Shown piece by piece: positions 18,296 to 26,644 of a DNA stretch of 64,000 nucleotides. The notes under the pieces were generated by a model. The model did no database searches and had not been told where the DNA came from. It saw only the letters and a list, made by a program, of their open reading frames with translations. This DNA comes from Gemmatimonadaceae bacterium (GTDB lineage Bacteria; Gemmatimonadota; Gemmatimonadetes; Gemmatimonadales; Gemmatimonadaceae): assembly GCA_036273715.1 (NCBI GenBank), contig DASUHB010000064.1, forward strand, positions 46,495 to 110,494. Reading direction: 5' to 3'. Every line of letters begins with the position of its first letter. The first letter of the stretch is position 1. The translations under genes were made by a program, and so were the position numbers.

Positions 18296-18349
18296 GCTGC
18301 GAGGCCGCACGGCCTAGCGTCAGAGACGTCGGGCGGTGACATTACGTCC

Positions 18350-18739
18350 ATGCGTCGCCGCTGGTACACCCGCATCGGCTCCGCGCTCCTGGCGATCTGG
18401 TTCGTGCTGTGTGTGAGCGAACCGGTTGCCGCCATGCATCGGTGCCCGATGCACGACGGCGTTGCCGGCCTCATGGTCATGCCCAACGGGCAGACGATGG
18501 CCGGCGCGGCGCAGCTCCCGCACAACCCCGACCAGCAGCCCGGCCCGACGCACCACGACTGCACCTGCGTCGGCGATTGCGCCGGTGCGACGTTCGCCGG
18601 TATCCCGGCGGTGTCGGTGACGCTCGCCGGCGCCGGTGTTCGCGTGCTGCGCGTCGACACTCCCGCCGCGCCGGTGACGCATCCGGTGCCGGCGCCGCAC
18701 GCCCGTCCCTTCGCCAACGGACCTCCCGCCATCGCGTGA
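18350..18739 (+). CDS. Small membrane-anchored Cys/His-rich protein (putative metal-binding)
   Basis: 129 aa with an N-terminal TM (IGSALLAIWFVLCV), then HRCPMHDG and HHDCTCVGDCAG. Lies between copC and a TonB-dependent receptor. No family assignment possible by eye. Confidence 0.45.
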   Translation: MRRRWYTRIGSALLAIWFVLCVSEPVAAMHRCPMHDGVAGLMVMPNGQTMAGAAQLPHNPDQQPGPTHHDCTCVGDCAGATFAGIPAVSVTLAGAGVRVLRVDTPAAPVTHPVPAPHARPFANGPPAIA

Positions 18740-18927
18740 TGCACGCCCGAGGCGCGACGCGCCTCGCCGCTGTTCACTCACGCGCTCGCTCACGTCGGTG
18801 CCACCGCGGCCTAACGGTCCTCCGGTGGCGCGTGTCGCGCGCACTCTGAAGAGATTGACCGCGCCGGTTTCGATGGCCCCAGTGCCGTCCCACGCCGGAT
18901 CCACGGTCGCGACATACGGGACGACAC

Positions 18928-21042
18928 ATGCTCTGCTGCCTAACCGAGAGCCGGAATCGCCGGTCGAGGACAAGCGTGGCCACCGCAGTCTTCGCGCTCG
19001 CCTGCGCCGCACCGGCCTTCGCCCAGACCACGCCGCGCGACACGGTCGCCCGCGACACCACGACCCGACGCGATACCACGACTCGACGCGACACCGTCGT
19101 GCGACGCGGCACTGTCGTACGACGCGACACCACCGCGAGGCGCCTCGCCACCGTGACCGTCACCGCGGCCCCGGTGCGACGCAACGAGCCGCAGTCCGCC
19201 ATCACCGTCTCGCCATCGGTCATCGCGCTCACGCCGGCGACGTCTCCATGGGACCTCCTTCGACAGAGCGCCGGCATCGAAGTGCACCTCCAGGGCCAGG
19301 GCCCCGGCTTCGCATCGGATGCGTCGATTCGCGGCTTCAGCTCGGACCATTCGACGGATCTGGCCCTCTGGATCGATGGCGTGCCCATCAACGAGCCGAT
19401 CAACGGACACGCTGAAGGCTACAACGACTGGGGACTCATCTTTCCCTCCGCCGTCCAAGCGATCGACGTGATCAAAGGCCCAACGAGCGCGCTGTTCGGG
19501 AACTTCGCGCTCGCCGGCATCGTGAACGTCCACACGCTCGAACGCATGCAGGGCAGCGAAGCGACGGTCGATGCCGGCACGGCAGGACACATCGATGCAA
19601 CCGTCCTCACCGGCTTCGACCACGGCCCGGAAGGCGGCGGCGTATTCGGCGCCCGCTGGGACCACGAGGACGGCTGGCGGCCTAACAGTCGGTCCGATGT
19701 CGAACAGGGACACTTCCGCGTCGTACACGACCTCTCGTCCGCCTGGCGCATCGACGGCGGCATCGAGCTCTACGGCGCCCAATGGAAATCGCCCGGTTTC
19801 CTCAGCGAAGACGAGTTTGCCGCGCGCGACTACGACATCGTGTCCAATCCCACCGACGGCGGACGAAAATATCGCGCACAGGAACGTATCAGTCTCAGAC
19901 TATTGTCTGGCCCCATGCTGTGGCGCACCACGCTGTACTCGACGCAAGGCAACTGGAAATTCTTTCTCACCATTCCGCCGGCGGGCGGACGCTTCGAGGG
20001 CAGCGGGAGCCAAACCGAAGAAGTCGATCACCGCACAGGACTCGGCGCCACCAGTGCGCTCACGTGGAGTCTTCCCCACACCGACCTCACGGTCGGCTTG
20101 GAGTCGCGCTGGGACGAGTCGCACTACCAGAACTGGTTCTCCACGGACCGCGTGCCGGACTCCGCTGCCACGCTGGTCCACGCGAAGCAGACGTCGGGCG
20201 CGATGTTCGTCCAATCGGACATCGACGCGACGTCGAGACTGCGGCTCAGCCTCGGCGCGCGCTATGATCTCGTCGACACGCATTCCACACCGGAGGGCGA
20301 ATTCACGGCCGGCGACAGCCGCGGCATCGTGTCGCCGAAACTCGGCGCCCTCTTCCGCCTAACGGATGCGCTGGGCGTGTACGCGAACGTATCGCGCGGA
20401 TTCCGCTCGACCGATGGCATCATCGATGACCCGTCGCTCCCGTTCATCACCGCGTGGGCGTACGAGAGCGGACTCAAGCTCGATCACAACGACGTGCACG
20501 GGTCCCTCGCGGTCTTCCGTATGGATGTCAGCAACGAGCAGACATTCAATCCGCTCAGCGGCGCGTCGAGCAACGGCGGCGCGAGCCGCCGCCAGGGCGT
20601 CGAGGTCGAGCTCGAGGCGCCGATCGCGCCCATGCTCTCGATGTCGACCGATTGGACGTTCAACGACGCCCGCTACAACCGGCTGATCACGCAGCAAGAA
20701 GATGATCCGTCCGTCATCGATACGCTGTCGGGCCTCCGCGTGTACAACACCGCCCAGTACGTGGGCATCGCATCCTTGCAGTTCACGCCGCGCGCGCAGC
20801 CCTGGCGGATTCGCGTTAGCACAAATGTCGTCGGCCCGTACTCTCCGTTCGACGAGCCGGGGGTCGTGCTTCCAGCGTACGGCCTGTTGCACGTCGGCGG
20901 CCTCATTCAGATCGGCGTTGCCCAGCTCGAGGTCGGCGTGCGAAACGTGCTCGACAAGGCGTACCCGGAGCTTGTGGCAGGGCACGTCGTGTCCCCGGGA
21001 CAACCGCGCTCATTCTACGGGACGGTGCACTATGCTTTCTGA
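18928..21042 (+). CDS. TonB-dependent outer-membrane receptor
   Basis: Signal peptide ending AFAQ. Plug-domain motifs (IRGFSSDHSTDLALWIDGVPINEP, IDVIKGPTSALFGN) and a beta-barrel terminating in a C-terminal aromatic residue (YGTVHYAF). Confidence 0.85.
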   Translation: MLCCLTESRNRRSRTSVATAVFALACAAPAFAQTTPRDTVARDTTTRRDTTTRRDTVVRRGTVVRRDTTARRLATVTVTAAPVRRNEPQSAITVSPSVIALTPATSPWDLLRQSAGIEVHLQGQGPGFASDASIRGFSSDHSTDLALWIDGVPINEPINGHAEGYNDWGLIFPSAVQAIDVIKGPTSALFGNFALAGIVNVHTLERMQGSEATVDAGTAGHIDATVLTGFDHGPEGGGVFGARWDHEDGWRPNSRSDVEQGHFRVVHDLSSAWRIDGGIELYGAQWKSPGFLSEDEFAARDYDIVSNPTDGGRKYRAQERISLRLLSGPMLWRTTLYSTQGNWKFFLTIPPAGGRFEGSGSQTEEVDHRTGLGATSALTWSLPHTDLTVGLESRWDESHYQNWFSTDRVPDSAATLVHAKQTSGAMFVQSDIDATSRLRLSLGARYDLVDTHSTPEGEFTAGDSRGIVSPKLGALFRLTDALGVYANVSRGFRSTDGIIDDPSLPFITAWAYESGLKLDHNDVHGSLAVFRMDVSNEQTFNPLSGASSNGGASRRQGVEVELEAPIAPMLSMSTDWTFNDARYNRLITQQEDDPSVIDTLSGLRVYNTAQYVGIASLQFTPRAQPWRIRVSTNVVGPYSPFDEPGVVLPAYGLLHVGGLIQIGVAQLEVGVRNVLDKAYPELVAGHVVSPGQPRSFYGTVHYAF
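19027..19143 (+). repeat. In-frame tandem repeat encoding (R)RDT[T/V][T/V/A] units right after the receptor signal peptide
   Basis: Translation: TTPRDTVARDTTTRRDTTTRRDTVVRRGTVVRRDTTARR. The periodicity is about 15-18 nt at the DNA level. Confidence 0.7.
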
Positions 21043-21172
21043 TGGAAACAAATGCCGTCCCCGAAATCCGTTGTAACAGATATGCGGTCATGCTGTTAAT
21101 ATTTCCTGACTTGACGCGCCATCTGGTGCATCACATTGTTGCACTCCCGCGCGCATGCGACCGAGAGCGTTC

Positions 21173-21310
21173 ATGTACGATTATCGCCGCCGTTCACGCT
21201 GGCTCCGATCGATCCCCGCACCGTCCAAGGCCGAGGCGGTGCTGCTCGCCTCCGTCGCGGCGTTCATTGTGGGAGAGCTCGCCTTTTTCTGGTTTCGTCA
21301 GCACCAGTAA
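21173..21310 (+). CDS. Possible 45-aa small membrane protein (below the ORF-track cutoff)
   Basis: ATG 21173 to TAA 21308-21310 translates to MYDYRRRSRWLRSIPAPSKAEAVLLASVAAFIVGELAFFWFRQHQ (basic N-terminus plus one TM). It lies in an AT-richer intergenic region upstream of the CHAD-CYTH gene. No other support. Confidence 0.25.
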   Translation: MYDYRRRSRWLRSIPAPSKAEAVLLASVAAFIVGELAFFWFRQHQ

Positions 21311-21351
21311 CCAACCAGACATAACCGCGGGCGAAAGCCCGTTGGCCCGCC

Positions 21352-22833
21352 GTGAACATCTCGCTTCCCGCTGACGCGCTGGATCGGCCCGCCGCCGAGA
21401 CAGCGCGACGCATCGCGCTCGCGCATGTCGCCGCAGCGCGCGCCGCGTACGATGTCCGCGACGACGAACGCGCGCCCGATGCGCTTCACGACCTTCGTGT
21501 CGCGCTCCGCCGGCTCCGAAGCTGCGACCGCACCTTCCATGACGAGCTCGACGACAGCCTCTCCAAGAAACGCCGTCGGAAACTGCGGCGGTTGGCAAAG
21601 GCCACCGGCGCCGGGCGTGACGCCCAAGTCCACATCGAGTGGATCGAGCGCGAGCTGCCTTCGCTGACTCGCCGCCAGCGCGCTGGCGCTGCATGGCTGC
21701 TCGAACGGATGCGCGCTTCCAAGCAAGAGCAGGACGCCCGGATGCACGCGCGGCTCGCCGATCAGCTCGAGCCGCTTTGCGAGGGGCTCGAGCACGCGCT
21801 GTCCACCTGGCAGCTCACGGTGCACCTGGACGAGCCCGTGGTTCCACCGAACGCCGCGCACGTGCTCGGACTCCGACTCGCAGCACTCGTCGATGGGTTT
21901 GAGCGCAGACTCGCGCGCGTGCACGATGCGGTGGATCAGCGGTGCGCGCACCGCGCGCGGATCGCGTCAAAGCATCTGCGGTACGCGCTCGAGCCGTTCG
22001 CGGAGATTGTGCCCGATGCCGCTCCGTTAGTCGACCGGCTGCGCGTGCTGCAGGACACGCTGGGCGACTTGCACGACGCGCACCTCTTTGGAGGCATCGT
22101 CGCTGATGCAATGGAAGATGCGGCGCACGAAGCAGCGCAGCGTCTGGCCGCGATGGTGCGCGACGGCAGCTCGCTCGCTGGCGTCCGCTCGACTGCCTCA
22201 GGAAGCCGCGACCCGCGTGCGGGCCTGCTCGAATTGGCGCGGCGCCTCCACGCGCGCAAAGAATCGCTCTTCGGCGCGTTCACGGTCGAGTGGTCAGGCT
22301 CGGCGTCGCGGCCGTTCGTCGATCGCGTTCGCGAGCTCGCGGGACGGCTCGCGCAGCGCCGCGCCGCGGGAACCGAGATCGAGCGGAAGTACCTGCTCAG
22401 CGATCTTCCGTCTGGTCCGTTAGGCGATCCGGCCACCACGGTCCAGGACATCGCGCAGGGCTACCTGCCCGGCGGGCACGTCACTGAACGCGTTCGTGCG
22501 GTCGTCGCCGACGGCGTCACGCGGTGGTATCGCACGGTCAAGGGTGGAAATGGCCTGGTGCGCCTGGAGCTGGAGGACCAGATCGATCGGAACCTGTTCG
22601 ATGCGCTGTGGCCGCTGACCGCCGGCCGGCGCGTGCACAAGCGCCGTTATCTGGTGCGCGAGGGCGACGTCGAATGGACGATCGACGAGTTTCTCGACCG
22701 ACCATTGACATTGGCCGAGGTCGAGCTGGCCCAACCAGACGATGCGCCGCCGCCGCCGTCGTGGCTCGCGCCGCACGTCGATCGAGAGGTGACGGGAGAT
22801 CCCACCTACGACAACGCCCGCCTCGCGATGTGA
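21352..22833 (+). CDS. CHAD domain - CYTH domain fusion protein (polyphosphate/triphosphate-associated)
   Basis: The N-terminal two-thirds has CHAD-like helical repeats (LHDLRVALRRLRS, RIASKHLRYALEPF, LQDTLGDLHD). The C-terminus has CYTH signatures (EIERKYLL, LAEVEL). The start is GTG. Confidence 0.8.
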   Translation: MNISLPADALDRPAAETARRIALAHVAAARAAYDVRDDERAPDALHDLRVALRRLRSCDRTFHDELDDSLSKKRRRKLRRLAKATGAGRDAQVHIEWIERELPSLTRRQRAGAAWLLERMRASKQEQDARMHARLADQLEPLCEGLEHALSTWQLTVHLDEPVVPPNAAHVLGLRLAALVDGFERRLARVHDAVDQRCAHRARIASKHLRYALEPFAEIVPDAAPLVDRLRVLQDTLGDLHDAHLFGGIVADAMEDAAHEAAQRLAAMVRDGSSLAGVRSTASGSRDPRAGLLELARRLHARKESLFGAFTVEWSGSASRPFVDRVRELAGRLAQRRAAGTEIERKYLLSDLPSGPLGDPATTVQDIAQGYLPGGHVTERVRAVVADGVTRWYRTVKGGNGLVRLELEDQIDRNLFDALWPLTAGRRVHKRRYLVREGDVEWTIDEFLDRPLTLAEVELAQPDDAPPPPSWLAPHVDREVTGDPTYDNARLAM

Positions 22834-22839
22834 CTTACG

Positions 22840-24102
22840 TTAGGCAGCCGACGAGGCGGCGGCGTCGCGGCAGTCGTCTGCCGGCGAGCGGCGCCGCAGC
22901 GTGTATCGATCGAAGAACGACCGCGCGAGCGCCAGATCCGGCTCGGCGATGAATCCCGGGCCGAGGCGCGCGCATCCCTGCAGGCCGATCTCCACCAATT
23001 GCACGGACACCGCCGCGATCGCCGGATCGCGCAGCGCCGCGTAGCCCGCGCACTCCAGTAGATCGCCGGGGGCGTGCAACGCGTCCAGCGCGTCGGCGAG
23101 CGCGGTTCGATCGTACGCCAGGCCGCCTAACAGGGCCAGCGGCGCGATGCACCATGCCGGGTCGATCGCATCGGCCCCGCGCACCTCGAAGTAGCCGCGC
23201 GGCCGCACCTCCGGAAACAGCGTCGAGAGATGGCGATGCCACTCGTCGAGCGTCGCGTCGCCCGCCTCCATCCAGTCACCGAACGAGCGGTACGTCCCAT
23301 CGCGAGTACGCCGCATCATGTCGGGCGCCCCCAGGGCGAACCCGAGGTACGCTGCCACCGGATCGTCGCCGCCAATCACGCCGGTGCGCGAGGGATCGAG
23401 CCGCCGCCAGCACGCCGCACGGACGCTCTGGTGCCCGGTCAGAATACCGTCGTATCGCGGCGAATTCGCGAACATCGCGACGATGTACGGCGTGGCCGCG
23501 TTCAACATGCGCCAGCGCCGTCGTCCGGCATCCGAGTCCCCGATGTCGAGACACACCTGGAACGATGCCGTCTGACGCATCATCCGCGCGCCGCTCGGCC
23601 CGATGGCGGCGAAATACGTCTCCATGCGCTGATAGCGTTCGGCCTCGAGTTGCCGCGGCGTCGACCACACGTCGCGCTCGGACTCGATGCCGGCGGCCAC
23701 GAGCTCCAATCCCTCCGCCGACGCGTAACGTCGCAGCGGCTCCAGTGCCGACCTGATGTCGCCGGCGAGGACGGATGCGCCGCTGGCCGGCGGTGCCGCG
23801 TATTCGAGCTGCCCGCCCGGTTCGAACGTCAACCGGCCGCCGTTAGGCAAATGGAACGACGGCGTGCCTTTCTCGGTCCGCGTCTCCGACCAGCAGCGCG
23901 ACGCGCCGAACCGGCGCAGCACCGCGAGCACACCGCGCTCACCCTCGAGCGGCGCGATGCAGCGCGTGCTGCTGTCGATGGGCAGCAGCTCCACCTCGGC
24001 GCCGATCCGCCGCGTCGACGCCCGGTTGGGCGCGAAGCTCCGTCGCGCGAGGTCCGCCGCGAGGAGCGCGCGTCCGCGCGCGCCGCGAGGAATGCTCGTC
24101 AC
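22840..24102 (-). CDS. egtA: Glutamate-cysteine ligase family 2 protein (EgtA-like)
   Basis: GTG 24102 overlaps the egtD TGA (GTGA). Contains GAEVELL and TFEPGGQLEYAAP motifs of GCS2/EgtA-type ligases. The N-terminal 141 aa of the 561-aa track ORF overlap egtD and look off-frame. Confidence 0.75.
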   Translation of the reverse strand: MTSIPRGARGRALLAADLARRSFAPNRASTRRIGAEVELLPIDSSTRCIAPLEGERGVLAVLRRFGASRCWSETRTEKGTPSFHLPNGGRLTFEPGGQLEYAAPPASGASVLAGDIRSALEPLRRYASAEGLELVAAGIESERDVWSTPRQLEAERYQRMETYFAAIGPSGARMMRQTASFQVCLDIGDSDAGRRRWRMLNAATPYIVAMFANSPRYDGILTGHQSVRAACWRRLDPSRTGVIGGDDPVAAYLGFALGAPDMMRRTRDGTYRSFGDWMEAGDATLDEWHRHLSTLFPEVRPRGYFEVRGADAIDPAWCIAPLALLGGLAYDRTALADALDALHAPGDLLECAGYAALRDPAIAAVSVQLVEIGLQGCARLGPGFIAEPDLALARSFFDRYTLRRRSPADDCRDAAASSAA

Positions 24103-25058
24103 CGGCGCGGTCCGCGCGATGCGATCGCCAGCGCATAGGCTGGATCCTCGTTGGCAAGCCATGCATCGAGGACCAACTCCGCGTCGTCGAACATGCGCTG
24201 TACGCTCGCGCGGTCGTACTTGCAGCTGATCTCCGTTCGAATCGACTCGCCTGCCCTGAACGGCACGCGGCCGATGTGCGGGATGTGCACGTCGAGCGCG
24301 CGCCGAGCGACGAGGTGCATCTCGATGCGATGCGCCTCGCGGTTGTACCACGCGCGGTGAAAGAAATCGCGCACATCGAAATCGGCGCCGAGCTCGCGAT
24401 TCAGTACGCGCAAGACGTTCGCGTTGAACGCGGCCGTCACGCCGCTCGAGTCGTTGTACGCCGCTTCGATCACCCGGCTGTCCTTTTGCAGGTCGACGCC
24501 GAGGAGGAAGTGGTCGCCCGGACACATGGCATCGCGCACGCGCCGCAACAGCGCGATCGCGTCCTGCTCCTCGAAATTGCCGATGGTGCTGCCGAGGAAC
24601 GCGAACAGCACCGGCCGCGGCATCCCGCGCGGCAAGCCGAGGCCGGCGCTGATGTCTGCCACCACCGGCACCACGCGCAGCCCCGGGAGCTCACTGCCTA
24701 ACTTTACCACCGACTCGCGTAAAAAATCCGCGCTGACGTCGACCGGCACGTACGCCGCGGCCTCGCCGCCGGCGCGCATGGCATCGAGCAGCAGGCGCGT
24801 CTTGGCCGCGCTGCCCGCGCCTAACTCCACCAACGTGCGCGGCGCCAGCCGCGCGATCACCGGCGGCATCCGCGTCGCCAGCAGCGCGCGCTCGGTGCGC
24901 GTGAGGTAATACTCGGGGAGCTGCGTGATCTCTTCGAACAACTCCGACCCGCGCCGGTCATAGAACAGCGTGGGCCAGAGCTCCTTTTGCGCGCGCGACA
25001 ATCCGTCACGCACTTCCTCGATCAACGGAGACGGCGGACGCACCGCGGCTGCTGTCAT
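24099..25058 (-). CDS. egtD: L-histidine N-alpha-methyltransferase
   Basis: Contains EITQLPEYYLTRTE, the SAM-binding ELGAGSAAKTRLLL, and FLGSTIGNF, all typical of EgtD. Coupled to egtB by an ATGA overlap. Confidence 0.85.
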   Translation of the reverse strand: MTAAAVRPPSPLIEEVRDGLSRAQKELWPTLFYDRRGSELFEEITQLPEYYLTRTERALLATRMPPVIARLAPRTLVELGAGSAAKTRLLLDAMRAGGEAAAYVPVDVSADFLRESVVKLGSELPGLRVVPVVADISAGLGLPRGMPRPVLFAFLGSTIGNFEEQDAIALLRRVRDAMCPGDHFLLGVDLQKDSRVIEAAYNDSSGVTAAFNANVLRVLNRELGADFDVRDFFHRAWYNREAHRIEMHLVARRALDVHIPHIGRVPFRAGESIRTEISCKYDRASVQRMFDDAELVLDAWLANEDPAYALAIASRGPRR

Positions 25059-26467
25059 GGCTCACTCCGCGCGCAGCGGAATCCGCTGAAGATCTGGCGC
25101 CGAATCGGATAGTCCCAATTGCGGAACGTGTTGCGGATCGCTCCCGGACGCGTGGCCCAGGAGCCGCCGCGCAGCACTTTGTACTCGTCGCCGAAAAACA
25201 CCTCGGAGTACTCCGGATACGGATAGCTCTCGAATCCCGGGTATCCTGTGAAGTCGCTCGATGTCCACTCCCACACATCGCCGATCATTCCCTGACAGCC
25301 GATCGGCGAGATGTTGCGTGGATAGGCGCCTACACGCGCGGTGCCGAACGACAACTGGTCGACATTCGCGTGCTCGATGGTCGCCGGCTCCTCTCCCCAG
25401 GGATGTGAACGCGCGCAACCGGCGTCTGGATCCCAGGATGCGGCCGCTTCCCATTCGACTTCCGTCGGCAGGCGTTTTCCGGCCCAGCGCGCAAACGCAT
25501 CCGCCTCATGGTAGCACACGTGGCAGACCGGCTTCGATGCATCCACGCGCTCGACGAGATCCATGCTGCGCGTGAACCACCCATCGTCGCGGCACTCCCA
25601 GTACTTCGGCGCGGACACGCGCGCTTCCTGGAGCCACTGCCACCCGGCGTCCGACCACCAGGCGCGGTTATCGTACCCGCCGGCGTCCATGAACGACAGG
25701 TACGCTCCGTTAGTCACCGGATACACGTCGATCCAGAATGGCGGGATGTCGACCTCGTGGCGCGGCCGCTCGTTGTCGTACGCACGGGTCCGGTCGTTGG
25801 TTCCCATCGGGACGCGCCCGCCGGGGAAGCACACCATCGGCGCATCGTTAGGCGCGAGCGCCGGCGCCGCCGGCAGACGCACGCGGCGCGGCGCGCGGTA
25901 CGGTGCGCCCGTCTTGAGCTGCAGCGTCTGCAGTATCGTTTCGTCGTGCTGGTATTCGTGCTGCGCGACCATCGCGTACACGTAGCCATCCCGCAGCAGA
26001 TCGCCGCCATCCTCGAAGTCCACGGCGCGCAAGCGCTCGAGCACGCGCCCACGAATCTCGTGCATCTCGGCGCGGCACTCGCGCAGGCTCGGCAGCGGGA
26101 GCGCGCCACGCACGCGACGAGGATGCTCGAACGGGTTGTACAGGCCCGGCATCTCGACGAACTCCACGGGCCCGTCCAGGTTGCGCGTCAACCACAGCTC
26201 CTCGAAGTGCGCGATGTGGCCGAGGTCCCAGATCACGGGACTCATCAGCGAATCGTGCTGCAGGTGCAGATCCTGCTCACTCAATGGCTCGATGAGCAGC
26301 AGCGTGCGTGCACGTGCTTCCTCGAGCATGGCAGCGATCCGATCGGCCGCGGGAGGGGCTGCATTCAACTGAGTCTGGGTCATCGGTCGAGCGGCTGGAG
26401 TGACTGCCGCTGAGTGCGCGGCAGTTCGGGCGCCGCGCATCGGTGCCCGAATCGAAGTAGATACCAC
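25055..26467 (-). CDS. egtB: Ergothioneine biosynthesis sulfoxide synthase (DinB-like plus FGE-sulfatase domains)
   Basis: N-terminal DinB-like region (VIWDLGHIAHFEE) and a C-terminal FGE-type domain (VLRGGSWATRP...FRNWDYP...FSGFRCA). The start could be the internal MTQTQL. Confidence 0.85.
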   Translation of the reverse strand: MVSTSIRAPMRGARTAAHSAAVTPAARPMTQTQLNAAPPAADRIAAMLEEARARTLLLIEPLSEQDLHLQHDSLMSPVIWDLGHIAHFEELWLTRNLDGPVEFVEMPGLYNPFEHPRRVRGALPLPSLRECRAEMHEIRGRVLERLRAVDFEDGGDLLRDGYVYAMVAQHEYQHDETILQTLQLKTGAPYRAPRRVRLPAAPALAPNDAPMVCFPGGRVPMGTNDRTRAYDNERPRHEVDIPPFWIDVYPVTNGAYLSFMDAGGYDNRAWWSDAGWQWLQEARVSAPKYWECRDDGWFTRSMDLVERVDASKPVCHVCYHEADAFARWAGKRLPTEVEWEAAASWDPDAGCARSHPWGEEPATIEHANVDQLSFGTARVGAYPRNISPIGCQGMIGDVWEWTSSDFTGYPGFESYPYPEYSEVFFGDEYKVLRGGSWATRPGAIRNTFRNWDYPIRRQIFSGFRCARSEP

Positions 26468-26644
26468 TCATCAGCCCGATGGCAAGCCTCGATTGGCCGA
26501 CCCAAGGGCGGACCAGCCTCTCAAGCAATTCGCGTTCTCGCCAGCGCGGTTCGAGTCCGGCAGATGGTGCCTTGATTCGCTGCTGCATGCTCGATGAGCG
26601 TTACTCGGCGGACCCTCGACTGCCTTCCCAACGGAGCACTGCGC

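Noticed and set aside
26548-26558. GGTTCGAGTCC, a tRNA T-arm-like sequence in the egtB/reductase intergenic region. It could be a tRNA gene or an integration-site remnant.
   Set aside because: The flanking bases can form only 2-3 bp of T-stem. I could not fold an acceptor, D or anticodon arm, and no integrase or direct repeat is nearby.
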